64,000 bases of DNA from Candidatus Bathyarchaeota archaeon (GCA_963714275.1 CAVQNT010000002.1:826883-890882), one strand, 5' to 3'. Shown: positions 48,631-58,594, counted from the first letter of the stretch. The notes: generated by a model from the sequence alone, not told the origin. Numbers and translations: made by a program.

Positions 48631-48767
48631 GCCGCGGTAGCTTAGTTTGGGAGAGCACCCGACTTACAGCTGTCCGAATCAGCAAAGTAAGGGTGAAGCT
48701 GAAGCCCAAACCGAGCGCAAGGTCTGAAACCGGGTTGTCGGGTGTTCAAGTCACCCCCGCGGCACCA
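48631..48767 (+). tRNA. tRNA-Val (anticodon TAC) with about 60-nt intron, CCA encoded
   Basis: Manual fold: acceptor GCCGCGG/CCGCGGC, D arm GCTT-AGTTTGGGA-GAGC, anticodon stem CCCGA with loop CTTACA (TAC at 48665-48667), T arm GGGTG-TTCAAGT-CACCC. The 3' intron boundary is not resolved: my best model leaves an A31-C39 mismatch. Confidence 0.7.
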
Positions 48768-48861
48768 GAACAAACTATTCAGCGATAACCGTTTTTCGAG
48801 TCTGTTTTACCCAGAAAAAATATAAGTTCATGAACCCTCTTCGGATAAGAGGTCTTAAGTA

Positions 48862-49500
48862 ATGCCTTCGTCGGTTCTGTCTCACCAAGCGCCCGTGCTT
48901 CAGCTTAAGATTAAGTGGTCAAAAAAGTTTGACGGCACAAGCCTGTGTGTAGGCTCATTTGCCCCGGACTTTGAATGGTTTCTTTCCTTGTTCAACATCA
49001 GCGTCGCCGAACGTACGTTTCATTCCGTGGGCGAAATGATCTACATTTTCCCGGTGTCTCTTGTTTTGGTGCTTCTCCTCGACAAAGTATTGTTGCCGTT
49101 AGCGTCATTTTTTGCGAGAAACAACCGTTTAGGTCCGTTCTCTAGGTGCCTGTCGTTCTTCGGCGTCGACGAATGGCATATTCTGAAAACCAAAAAAATG
49201 GACGCCCGTTGGCTAGTGAAGGCATCCTACTCTTTTGTCGTAGGCGTTCTGTCTCATTTTCTACTCGACCTGCCGAGTCACGACCAAATAACGTACTTGG
49301 AACCATTTTATAGTGCCGTAATGCCCACGTGGTTCCTGCGTGAATATGCGAGGTTGGAGCTGCCCCTTTTTGGATTCGAAGAAGTGACCATTTACAACCT
49401 GCTTTGGCTTGTCTTCACCGTGGTCTTTGGCATCGTCGCGCTTTACCAGTTACGTTACATTAAGAAACACAAATTGATGGCGAAATGGTACGGAACCTAG
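48862..49500 (+). CDS. DUF4184-like integral membrane protein
   Basis: 212 aa with an N-terminus (MPSSVLSHQAPVL) like the MPFTxSHP start of DUF4184, several TM segments and a conserved HFLLD. Confidence 0.45.
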   Translation: MPSSVLSHQAPVLQLKIKWSKKFDGTSLCVGSFAPDFEWFLSLFNISVAERTFHSVGEMIYIFPVSLVLVLLLDKVLLPLASFFARNNRLGPFSRCLSFFGVDEWHILKTKKMDARWLVKASYSFVVGVLSHFLLDLPSHDQITYLEPFYSAVMPTWFLREYARLELPLFGFEEVTIYNLLWLVFTVVFGIVALYQLRYIKKHKLMAKWYGT

Positions 49501-49582
49501 GCAACTCGGCTGAACATTTGGTTAAAGGTTAATAGGGCGTCTAAAAGATTTTAAGACAACACTCAATACAATTCATACCTGC

Positions 49583-49660
49583 GCGGCTGTAGTCTAGTTT
49601 GGTCCAGGACGTCAGCCTGCCACGCTGGTGACCCGGGTTCAAATCCCGGCAGCCGCACCA
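49583..49660 (+). tRNA. tRNA-Gly (anticodon GCC), CCA encoded
   Basis: Manual fold: acceptor GCGGCTG/CAGCCGC, anticodon arm TCAGC-CTGCCAC-GCTGG, T arm CCGGG-TTCAAAT-CCCGG. Confidence 0.9.
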
Positions 49661-49705
49661 TGATCAGGCTTTTCTAGAATTCATGGCTCAAAAAAATTGG
49701 TGGAA

Positions 49706-50005
49706 TTATTGAATGTTGTAAGAACCTATGTGCTGGGTATTTTTAGGGAATTTCCGTAAGAGTTCTAAGTCAGCGGTTAGAAGGGCAGCCTTAAGATGGA
49801 GAGTGAACGCAACATACGAAGCATCATAGACTGATACATCATGTTTTAAGCTAATCGTGGCGGCTTGTTCAAGAATTTTGCCTTTAGGTTCCCACGTATC
49901 AAAGCTAGCTCAGCTATAGGCAGCGCTTGAGTAAGTGGCTTTCCAGACTTCCAAAATTTCCTTTTCGACGGGAGTCATCTTCTTAAAGATATTGTTCATG
50001 CCCAT
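49706..50005 (-). pseudogene. Degraded PIN-domain (VapC-like) gene with in-frame TGA
   Basis: Manual translation: MGMNNIFKKMTPVEKEILEVWKATYSSAAYS-TGA-ASFDTWEPKGKILEQAATISLKHDVSVYDASYVAFTLHLKAALLTADLELLRKFP... The YDAxYVA...LLTAD pattern is the C-terminal half of PIN. The pieces are too short for the ORF track. Confidence 0.4.
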
Positions 50006-50205
50006 GGTTCATCAAAACTTACCATATTATGGGAACCTTTTAAATAAAATTTTAGCATATTCAAACTAACTTCAGACTTTTCTGATGGTTCATTGCCTTT
50101 TCTCACGCTTGCGTCAGCGACGTTTTTTGTTTAAACCGTTTTTATCATGCAAACAGAAAATCCCATTGTCACACAAAAACAGACAGCCTATGACGCCATT
50201 GGTTT

Positions 50206-51410
50206 TTATAAGCCCCAATGTTCGTTGATGGGTTTCTGGTATTCCTCAGTTTTTCCGCTGACGACTTCGTCGTACTTCACGGCTTGACCGACATATGCGG
50301 ATTCGAAAATGGCTTCGCAGATGGCTTTAGCTTTCAGTCCAGCATCGCCATCAACCTCAGGCTTCCTCTTCTTTTCAACGGCGTCCAAGAAGTCGTAGCA
50401 TTCGATGACGAAACCGTCCATGAACCCATGCGGGAACAACGCGTTTTTTTTCGCTTCGCCCAGCTGGGCAAGATATTGCTTCTGCATCTCAACCATCGGC
50501 GTCGTAATTTTCTTGGGACCTTCCTGCAAAATTATTTCGGCGGAACTGAACGGACCATGGAAGGCATCACCATGGTCGAGAATGCATCCTTTGCTGCCGT
50601 AGTGGACAACATTCGTGTACGAGTAACCGGGGGCAGCCATAGTCCACTCCAAACTGCGACCAATCCGTTTTTGAAGGTTACCGTGGCAGCCCAAGTGTCT
50701 TCTCGGTCGTCCATGACTGATTTGTCTTCCTTTTTGTGAGGCCACTTTTCGAGCTGCTGAACCTTCGCGTAGACTGTTTCCGGGTCCCCGTACAGGAACC
50801 GTATGGTGTCGCAGAAGTGGGCACCGCTGTCCATAACCATGCCTCCTCCGCCCATCCACTTGTCGACCCTCCAGTGCCACCGTCTCTCTGTCGACGGGTC
50901 GAACCAGCCTGCTTGTTGAGAAAAAAGGAGCCGTGGCGTGCCTAAGAGCTTTAACTCGTTGATGATCCAGTGAGAGGTACGCTGGCTGATTCCTCGGCGG
51001 ATGTTCTCAGCCGTGGCAACGATCTTTTTGTTCTTTTTTCCAGCAGCGATTATGGTTTTGCTTGCCTTGACCGTTATGCCCAAGGGCTTCTCAATCATCA
51101 CGTTGACGCCGGCATCGAGACACGCAATCCCCGCAATGTGGTGTTCAGAATGAGGCGTACAAATGTCAACCGCGTCGAGCTCTTCCTTGGCCAACATCTC
51201 CAAAACACTGGTGTAAACTTTCGGCTTGTGGTCTTGAAGGGCTGCAGCTTGGTCCGCGAACTGTTTGGCTGACGCAGTCACGGGGTCGCACATGGCTGTG
51301 AACTCAAACTTCGCGGGTTCCTTTTGCTTAATCTGTTTATATGATTGCAGGTGGACCTTGGCTATTCCGCCGCATCCTATCATTGCGAGCTGTAAAGGTT
51401 TTTGGGGCAA
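50206..51410 (-). pseudogene. Gfo/Idh/MocA family oxidoreductase, one frameshift
   Basis: Has an N-terminal Rossmann motif (LAMIGCGGIAKVH) and EKP. The frame change at about 50650 is fixed by adding one T to a TTT run (AVLEWTMAAPGY). Confidence 0.8.
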
Positions 51411-51543
51411 CTTGTTCAGTCTCCAATTATTTGACGGGTATAATGTCTATGCCTTATTTCTTATTAGACTTTTGACTTAAGCCTACACCACGGTTAAAAG
51501 TTAGGTATCTTTAATCAAATCATAAGCCTTAATTGGGACAGAA

Positions 51544-52392
51544 ATGTTCTTCACGTTACACCCGACCATACGAGGCGTTAGAATGCAGAAAAAGTCACCG
51601 ATGATTGTTCGGTCCGCAGAGGAAGAAAAAGATTATGCTACCCTAGCCCATGTCATGAGCGAATGCTTTGGACCCGTGACGCCTCGAAACATGAAGAGGT
51701 GGATTCAAAATGAAAAAAAGAACGCCTCAGGGTACGACAGGTTCTTTGTGGCTGAGGTAGACGGAAAAGCTGTCGGCAACGTTTCAGCGGCTCCTCGGAA
51801 GCTGCACTTGGGCGAAGAAGTCTACGTGAAGACGCTGGGAGTTTTAGCTGTTTGCACTAGCTCAGAATATAGAAACCGGGGCGTAGCCACAAGCCTGCTT
51901 AAGCAAGCGATGGCTTTTGCGGACAAGTCGGGGTTCTCGAACACTTCCCTTTACACTGCCACTTTGCTTCCAGCGCACAGGATTTACGAGCGGCAGGGTT
52001 TTCGTGACGTAGAAAAAACCACGAGATACGTCAAACATTTGGATTATGATTTTTTTTCCGAAGGTGGGTAATGTGGTGCAACCGTTACCTAAAATATTCT
52101 AACATAGACTCAAAAGACGCTTCAAGGCTGGAACCACTCGGTTGTTTTCGATTTAGGAAGCATAGGCGTCAAGGCGTTCCGGTTCAGAAACGGTCGTTTT
52201 CAAAGGTTGACTAAGCCCCCTCAGGCAGCAGACATCCACATAGTCGCAAGTGCAGAGACCTTGACGCGCCTCATGTCCGAAGTATGCTTTTTGGGGGATG
52301 CAATAAAAACTGGGGAGGTGCAGGTGAAAAGAGGAAGCGACTCTGACCTTAAGATTCTAAACAAGATTCTGGTGGGCATCTGGGACGAGTGA
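51544..52392 (+). pseudogene. GNAT acetyltransferase with C-terminal SCP2-like domain (Eis-like), multiply disrupted
   Basis: The GNAT core is in ORF 51544..52071 (YRNRGVATSLL). The C-terminal part (TLQGWNHSVVFDLGS...GEVQVKRGSD) aligns to the downstream paralog but lies in other frames. There is a T8 run at about 52046. Confidence 0.55.
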
Positions 52393-52414
52393 GACGGGAC
52401 TTGAGATTAGGCAG

Positions 52415-53170
52415 ATGGTTCAAGGGGACGCTCAGCAATTACTCAAACTTCACGCAAGTTTCACTCAAGAATATGTGGGTCCTTTTGAACGAGAGGTCGA
52501 GTATTATCGGCGGGCAGCCAGAAAGAAAGATGGGCTTCGATGGGTAGCCGTAAACCAGAAGGGGCAAATCGTCGGGTATGTCATGGCATTCTACCTTAAA
52601 AGGAGAAGGTTTGGAAGAATATTCGAGATTGCAGTGGATCCAAACTTGGATTTTGGTTCCGTCGCGAGAATGCTTGTCGAAAAAGTACATAATATTTTGG
52701 TCGAAAAAGGCGTAGCGACCATCCAAGCTCCAACCATGTTGAACCCAAATTACGAACAGGTTTTTCCTGATATGGGGTTCTTCAAGGTTGAAATGCAGGA
52801 AGTTTTCATGGTTGCCATCAACAACATTCCAAGGTTTCTCGATGAAATAAAACCCATCATGGTAAACCGCCTAAAAAAAGTTCAAGGCTGGAACGGAACA
52901 TTGGAACTGAAATGCGGAGAACACAGCACCTTCTTCAAGAAAGACGGCGACAAAATCCAAACGTTCGACTGGACAAACCACGACATGGATTACAGAATCC
53001 TCATGGACGAATACACCCTCACAGCGGTTCTGCTAGGCGTAACAGAATACGAAGCTGCATATGCCGAAGGAAAAATTCAGATTAAAACAGTGCTTTCTAA
53101 GGGTAAAGCAAAAGAACTGTTGGGAACCCTCTTTCCGAAACGCCAATTCCTAGCGTTCAACTTTTGGTAG
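52415..53170 (+). CDS. GNAT acetyltransferase with C-terminal SCP2-like domain (Eis-like), intact paralog
   Basis: 251 aa with a GNAT fold pattern and a C-terminal region homologous to the fragment at 52113-52392. Confidence 0.55.
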   Translation: MVQGDAQQLLKLHASFTQEYVGPFEREVEYYRRAARKKDGLRWVAVNQKGQIVGYVMAFYLKRRRFGRIFEIAVDPNLDFGSVARMLVEKVHNILVEKGVATIQAPTMLNPNYEQVFPDMGFFKVEMQEVFMVAINNIPRFLDEIKPIMVNRLKKVQGWNGTLELKCGEHSTFFKKDGDKIQTFDWTNHDMDYRILMDEYTLTAVLLGVTEYEAAYAEGKIQIKTVLSKGKAKELLGTLFPKRQFLAFNFW

Positions 53171-53235
53171 CCCGACATTGTCGCATGTTTCAAAGTTTTG
53201 ATTTTATGGAATCATGAACCGTCTTTCGACGCCTT

Positions 53236-54576
53236 TCAGAGCCTTCTATGGGCGATTTCCGCTGCTAAAACCAGTGGTTCCCAAGCTTCACAGACCGATG
53301 GCGCATAGCACGTGTCAGCTTTAGCGAGGTCGTAGACCGATATGTGGTTCTGGATAGCCAAAGCCAAAGCATTAATGCGTTGGGTTACCTCTTCGCCGCC
53401 GACGATCTGTCCTCCCACGACGCGCTTGGTTTTCTTCTCCACGACAATCTTGATTTTGATCGGCAAACCGCCTGGAAAATAGTCAGCCCTAGTCTTACTC
53501 GTTAACTTGCCGACAACAACATCCACGCCAACCTGCTTAGCCCAGAACTCTGTGAGTCCGACTCCGCCCACGTCAAGATGGAAGATTCGGGAAATCCAAG
53601 AGAATAGGGTTCCCGGGTAAACTGCGTCTCCGCCTGCAGCGTTAGTGCCTGCTACTTTGCCCATCTTTACAGCTGCTGAACCCAAAAGCGGCAACGCTGG
53701 CTTTCCAGTCACGATGTGCGTTGTTTCAGCGCAGTCTCCAGCCGCATAAACGTTTTCGTTGCTTGTCTGCATTTGGCTGTTCGTTTTGATACCGCGAGTC
53801 TCACCTACAGCTATTCCTGCCTTTTGAGCTAATTCAACGTTCGGTCTTACGCCCGCAGCGTTCAAAACGATGTCTGCTGGAATCTCTTCGCCACCGACAG
53901 TTACTGCCTTAACCTTTTTTTCTCCTAGAATGGCTTCTGCTGGTTTTCCGAGAATGAAAGTTACGCCATTTTCTTCGAACCTTTTTTGGACGTTGCTGGA
54001 CATGTCAGGGTCCAAAAGACGCGGGAGAACCGAAGGAAGCATTTCGACAACTGTGGTTTTTATTCCGCTCTCCATGAAAGCTTCAGTTGCTTCCAGTCCC
54101 ACAAGCCCAGAACCAATCACTACGGCTGCCTTAGCCTTCTGCATGGCTTGAGCCAGTTTCTGTCCGTCGCTTAGTGTGTGAAGCGTCAAGACGCCTTCCT
54201 TGTCTATTCCTTCAAGGGGCAGCTGGAAGGGGTAAGCGCCCGTCGCAAGAATTAAGATGTCATACTCTAGGATTTCATGTTTCCCGTCTTTGGATTCAGT
54301 TTCAACGGTTTTCGTCTTCGTGACGACGTTTGTTGCTGTAGTCTCCTGTTTCAAGTCAAATTTCATCATCCGATAGAAGTTGGGCGAATAGACCACTAGA
54401 TTCTCGAATGAGGGTATGTGCCCACCAAGAACGAAGGGAAGCCCGCATCTGGAATATGCTCCCACATTGTCCTTGGTTAAAAGAGTGATTTCGGCTTCTC
54501 TGTCGGTTTTTCGGGCTGCCACAGCTGCGTCGACGCCTGCAGCGTTCGCTCCGATTATGACTATTTTTTTGGACAT
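53236..54576 (-). CDS. Pyridine nucleotide-disulfide oxidoreductase of the CoA-disulfide reductase/NADH oxidase type
   Basis: Contains KIVIIGANAAG (FAD), single redox Cys YSRCGLPF, VVIGSGLVGLE (NAD) and AAGDCA. The preferred start is 54576 (track ORF to 54612). Confidence 0.8.
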   Translation of the reverse strand: MSKKIVIIGANAAGVDAAVAARKTDREAEITLLTKDNVGAYSRCGLPFVLGGHIPSFENLVVYSPNFYRMMKFDLKQETTATNVVTKTKTVETESKDGKHEILEYDILILATGAYPFQLPLEGIDKEGVLTLHTLSDGQKLAQAMQKAKAAVVIGSGLVGLEATEAFMESGIKTTVVEMLPSVLPRLLDPDMSSNVQKRFEENGVTFILGKPAEAILGEKKVKAVTVGGEEIPADIVLNAAGVRPNVELAQKAGIAVGETRGIKTNSQMQTSNENVYAAGDCAETTHIVTGKPALPLLGSAAVKMGKVAGTNAAGGDAVYPGTLFSWISRIFHLDVGGVGLTEFWAKQVGVDVVVGKLTSKTRADYFPGGLPIKIKIVVEKKTKRVVGGQIVGGEEVTQRINALALAIQNHISVYDLAKADTCYAPSVCEAWEPLVLAAEIAHRRL

Positions 54577-54581
54577 TATGC

Positions 54582-55007
54582 TTAGCTTTCCTGGGCGAGT
54601 TGTTTGTGCCACTCCGCAGCCTGTTCATAGTTCATTAGGGTTTTAAGGTCGTCCGCTAGGTTTGTGGGCGATATTACGAGTATCCAGCCTTCGTTGTACG
54701 GGTCCTCGTTGAGCGTTTCTGGGTTGCTGCCAACTTTTCCGTTTACTTCGACGATTTTTCCGCTGACAGGCGCAACAAGGTCGGATACGGATTTAACTGA
54801 TTCAACTGTTCCGAAGGGTTCGCCTTTTATGGCTTCGTTTCCTGCGCTGGGGAGCTCCGCGAAGACAACCTCGTTCAGCTGTTTCTGTGCGTAATCGGTT
54901 ATGCCCACTCGGACTTTACCGTTCTCGACTTTAACCCACATCCAATCCTTGGAGTAATACAAGCCTTCGGCAACTTCGTAGCCTTGAACCTTCACCAAGT
55001 TTGCCAC
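54582..55007 (-). CDS. gcvH: Glycine cleavage system H protein-like lipoyl carrier
   Basis: 141 aa with the lipoyl-lysine motif VESVKSVSDLVAPVSG. Confidence 0.85.
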   Translation of the reverse strand: MANLVKVQGYEVAEGLYYSKDWMWVKVENGKVRVGITDYAQKQLNEVVFAELPSAGNEAIKGEPFGTVESVKSVSDLVAPVSGKIVEVNGKVGSNPETLNEDPYNEGWILVISPTNLADDLKTLMNYEQAAEWHKQLAQES

Positions 55008-55128
55008 CTCATTCAGAGATTGTTTTTTGCTTCTGCATAATAAATTTAACTAAAAATAATGGAGGAGGAAATGTAAAAATTGTGTTAACAGTATTCGTTA
55101 ATGAAAAACCAACATTTAGGGCGTTTCT

Positions 55129-55160
55129 GTCTGGTCTGATTTGTGTAACATCGGTTTTCA
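55129..55160 (+). repeat. Conserved intergenic motif copy B (gtctggtctgatttgtgtaacatc...)
   Basis: See copy A. Located between the moeA stop and the gcvH start. Confidence 0.7.
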
Positions 55161-55192
55161 ATTTTTGTATAATAAACGTTTTCTTTATTGCA

Positions 55193-56402
55193 TTATTCGA
55201 ACAGTGTCACGGTAACCTGTTCGTCTTCTTCTATCACGTCTAGGTTTATGGGCAAGATGATGTATCCGTCTGCTTTAGCTAGGCTAGTTATGTCGCCTGA
55301 TTTTTTGAAGGTCGGATAAGCCTTGCCATTCTTCAACTTTACTGGAAGAAACTGTTCTCTGCCCGAGCCTGAAACGAACTGTTTGCCCATTTTCGCCTTA
55401 ACCGTTTTAGGGTTCATCGGAGGCAGCTTAGCCAACACACGGATTACTGGAACAAGAAAAACGTAGGCGTTGCTTAGGCACGAAGTCGGGTATCCAGGCA
55501 TCCCGAAAACGGGCTTTCCTTCAACTATTCCGAAAAGGGTTGGTTTACCGGGCTTTATTTGAACGCCGTGGAAGACAACTTCGCCTGTTTTTTCGAGAAC
55601 CTTAACAAGGAGGTCCCGTTCGCCAACTGAGACTCCCGCCTGAAAACACAATCAGGTCGTGGTTGAGAAAGCTGATTACTGCGGACTTAAGGCTCTCAAA
55701 CGAGTCTGGCACAACCGGAGATCTTGTTACCTGAGCTCCGTTCGCTGAAAGAATAGAAGCTAAAGTATACGTGTTGACGTCGTAAATTTGTCCCTTGCCA
55801 ATCTTTGCGCCGGGTTCACAAATTTCGGATCCAGTCGGAACAACAACAATACAAGGCTTCTCGTAGACCGAAACCGTTCTTTGCCCCAACGCAGCCATAA
55901 CTCCTACTTTCGCGGGCGTGATGATTTCGCCCTTTTTCAGGACTGCTTCGCCTTTTTTCATGTCTTCTCCTCGGGGTGAAATGTTTGCTCCGGGATGAAC
56001 CGCGTCGAAAACGGAAACGTTGCCTTCTGTTTCGTCAGTGAATTCAACCATAACCACGGCGTCTGTACCTAACGGAACTGGACAGCCTGTTGCTATCCTC
56101 ACGCATTCACCTTTATTCACAGTGATGCTGAATGATTCTCCTGCGTGCAAAACAGCTGCGACTTTAAGGTCCTAGGGTTTTGTTGAGACGCGCCATAAGT
56201 GTCCTCAGCTTTAACTGCGTAGCCATCCATTGCAGCCCGGTCGAAGGGTGGAACGTCTTCTTTGGCTATGATGTCTTCCGCTAAGACTCGTCCCGAAGAT
56301 TCCTCGATTGGGACGGTTTCGGTTCTCTCAACAGGTTTCACGGGAGCTCATAATCCTCTTTATCGCTTCTTCACGGGATATGAGAAGCTTGAACGGAACC
56401 AT
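55193..56402 (-). pseudogene. moeA: Molybdopterin molybdenumtransferase MoeA, three frameshifts
   Basis: Contains [37 protein letters not shown] and KPGKP motifs spread over four frames. Junctions are at about 56345-56350 (gagctc), about 56150-56157 (cagctg) and about 55635 (gggAgtc). Confidence 0.85.
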
Positions 56403-56585
56403 TTCGCTCACGAGATTGACCCTCCTCTTGTTAACCATTTTAGACTTGCATCGACCCTAGTCTAAATTTGTATATTCGGTTTCATCATCAGCAAGAACGA
56501 AGGAAGCTTAATAACTTTAACTAAACGAAAGCGGCTTTAGGTTTTTCGTTTTTCATCGGTCAGGAAACACAGAAAGGCGCGTGGT

Positions 56586-57065
56586 TCATCCGCCAGGCGA
56601 GCCATGGAACGGGACGCTTCTCCACATGACTTCGAACCATTCTTCATCGGTGATGGTTTCTCCTCGGACCAGAATCTCCAGAATCCGCTGCAAAAGCGCA
56701 TGATGCCTTTTTTCGTCTTCAAGAATCGCGGTGAGGAGCAGCTTGACCTTTTCGTCTTTTAAGTTGGGGATTTGCTCGCCTATTTTTTCTATGAGAACCG
56801 CCTCTATCTGGATGTGTTTTTCGACGAGGGCTTTCTGGGTTTCGAGCTGTTTCTGCGTGAGAGCCTTCGGAGTTTTCGTTAAAAGGTTGATGGCTGAAGC
56901 GTACATCTGAGCGTGCTTCAACGAGTCCAGCGAAACGCCCTTTAAGGTTCCCTTTACAGCTGGGTTCTCAACGTCAACTAAGCCCTTGTTCAGCGAATCA
57001 ACAATCCCGTTTTCAACCTTTATTTGTTCCTTAAGAAACTTCAGCAACATTTCTTTGGTGCTCAA
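56586..57065 (-). CDS. Ferritin-like (rubrerythrin/DUF-type di-iron) domain protein
   Basis: 159 aa, all-helical, with SLKHAQMY and ILEDEKRHHALL (ExxH). Confidence 0.45.
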   Translation of the reverse strand: MSTKEMLLKFLKEQIKVENGIVDSLNKGLVDVENPAVKGTLKGVSLDSLKHAQMYASAINLLTKTPKALTQKQLETQKALVEKHIQIEAVLIEKIGEQIPNLKDEKVKLLLTAILEDEKRHHALLQRILEILVRGETITDEEWFEVMWRSVPFHGSPGG

Positions 57066-57142
57066 AAAGTTAACCTCCTTTCTTGGACTTGATTTATTTT
57101 ATGTTGTGTTAAAGACAAAAGGGTTTCGGAATTGTGGTGTTC

Positions 57143-58159
57143 TCAAATCTTCTGCATTAAAAGGGTGGTCTCGAACCTGTTGTGAGGTAGCCTTCTAACC
57201 CTAAAGTTTGCATACTGAGATCCAAGGATTTGGATTGCTTCTTCAACGTGCCTTTTCCTGTTTCTTGTTATGAACTTCACCGTCATGATTGCAAAACTAC
57301 CTTTCTTCAAGCAAGAAGCAAAAGCAACCATTATCTTCGCGGATTCAGCGGGAGCAAGGTTCATGTCGTTCGTTACAAAGTCAAACAAACCTATGTCGTC
57401 TGGAATTTCCTCAGCCCTGCACCACAAGTGAACCACATTAGGTAGCCTTTCAACCTCGGACTCCAAAGCAGCTGGGTCAACCGCCACCACCTTTTTTGCT
57501 GAGTGAGCTAACACTTTTGTCCAACCACCAGGAGCCGCGCCGAGGTCTAGCACTTCGTAGTTTGGCTTAACCTCGACATTGAAGGTTCCGAGAGCTTCCT
57601 TGATTTTGTGTTCTGCGCGTGTGAACGGTCTTTCGCCCTTCGCGTATTTTCTGGAGACCCGTATCGGTTTAACGATAAGGTTTTCTGAATCTGTTAGTCC
57701 TAGGAAAGTGGTATTCTGAAAAATTTGGACAACCACAACTTTTTTCGGGTTCCGCAAATCCACCGTGGCTCCGGAGGTTTCTTCAAGTTTTAAGCCCAAG
57801 ATCCGTTCGACGTCTTGGCTTGAAAAATTGTGAGTCCCCCGCCTCTGGCACCTGACCGCGAAACTGTCTTCAGGTTTAAGCTTCCCTTCCAACAACTCAT
57901 AAAGTCTAAAGATGCTTTCTTTTTCGGGTGTAATCGCGACTTTCGCGTCAACGGGAAAAACTCGGCCAATGCAAAGGGTTTCGGAATCCTTTAACTTTTT
58001 TACTGCCTCTTCCTCTTTCAAAGAAAATTCGACCAGAAGGTTGCCCTTAAAGAATAGACTTCGGACCTTTGAGCCTGGAAGTATACCTTCAATTTCCCTT
58101 TTTGCTTCAAGCTCGAAACCAGAAGGAACCGTGACGATGAACGAAATTCCCGTATTCAT
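57143..58159 (-). CDS. THUMP-domain plus FtsJ/RlmM-like SAM-dependent RNA methyltransferase
   Basis: 338 aa with an N-terminal THUMP-like region and a C-terminal VLDLGAAPGGWT (SAM motif I) and NDMN. Confidence 0.65.
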   Translation of the reverse strand: MNTGISFIVTVPSGFELEAKREIEGILPGSKVRSLFFKGNLLVEFSLKEEEAVKKLKDSETLCIGRVFPVDAKVAITPEKESIFRLYELLEGKLKPEDSFAVRCQRRGTHNFSSQDVERILGLKLEETSGATVDLRNPKKVVVVQIFQNTTFLGLTDSENLIVKPIRVSRKYAKGERPFTRAEHKIKEALGTFNVEVKPNYEVLDLGAAPGGWTKVLAHSAKKVVAVDPAALESEVERLPNVVHLWCRAEEIPDDIGLFDFVTNDMNLAPAESAKIMVAFASCLKKGSFAIMTVKFITRNRKRHVEEAIQILGSQYANFRVRRLPHNRFETTLLMQKI

Positions 58160-58270
58160 TGGGCAACCTTCGTTTCATACTTCGTTATTTTATTTTCTGG
58201 ACTGCTTCAACAACCCAACCAATTATACAAAAAAACAAAGGAAAAAAGGACTTTGCGTAAACGTAGACTC

Positions 58271-58594
58271 TTAAGGCAGGATGATTTTTATCACTTGAAC
58301 GGGGCACTGGGTTTCACACGCGAGGCACTGTATGCATTCTTCTTGCCTTGCGGGAAAAGTCTTCTTGTCCGATTTGGGATGCCCAGGAGTGTTTCGCCAC
58401 TCATAAAGCTGCACGGGGCAAACCTCAAGGCATATTCCGTGTCCTTCGCAGATATCCCAGTCTACAGCCACGTTGGTTCCTCTGATGCCCAGCTTTTTAG
58501 GAGGCTCCGTTGGTCCCCAGATTGCCACGCCTTCTTGTTCTCCGGTCTTTTTGCGGTTTTTCTGAAAATCAGAATCTATAGGCAAACGGTTCAC
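58271..58594 (-). CDS. 4Fe-4S dicluster ferredoxin
   Basis: Contains CEGHGICLEVCP and CIQCLACETQCP motifs. Confidence 0.8.
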   Translation of the reverse strand: MNRLPIDSDFQKNRKKTGEQEGVAIWGPTEPPKKLGIRGTNVAVDWDICEGHGICLEVCPVQLYEWRNTPGHPKSDKKTFPARQEECIQCLACETQCPVQVIKIILP

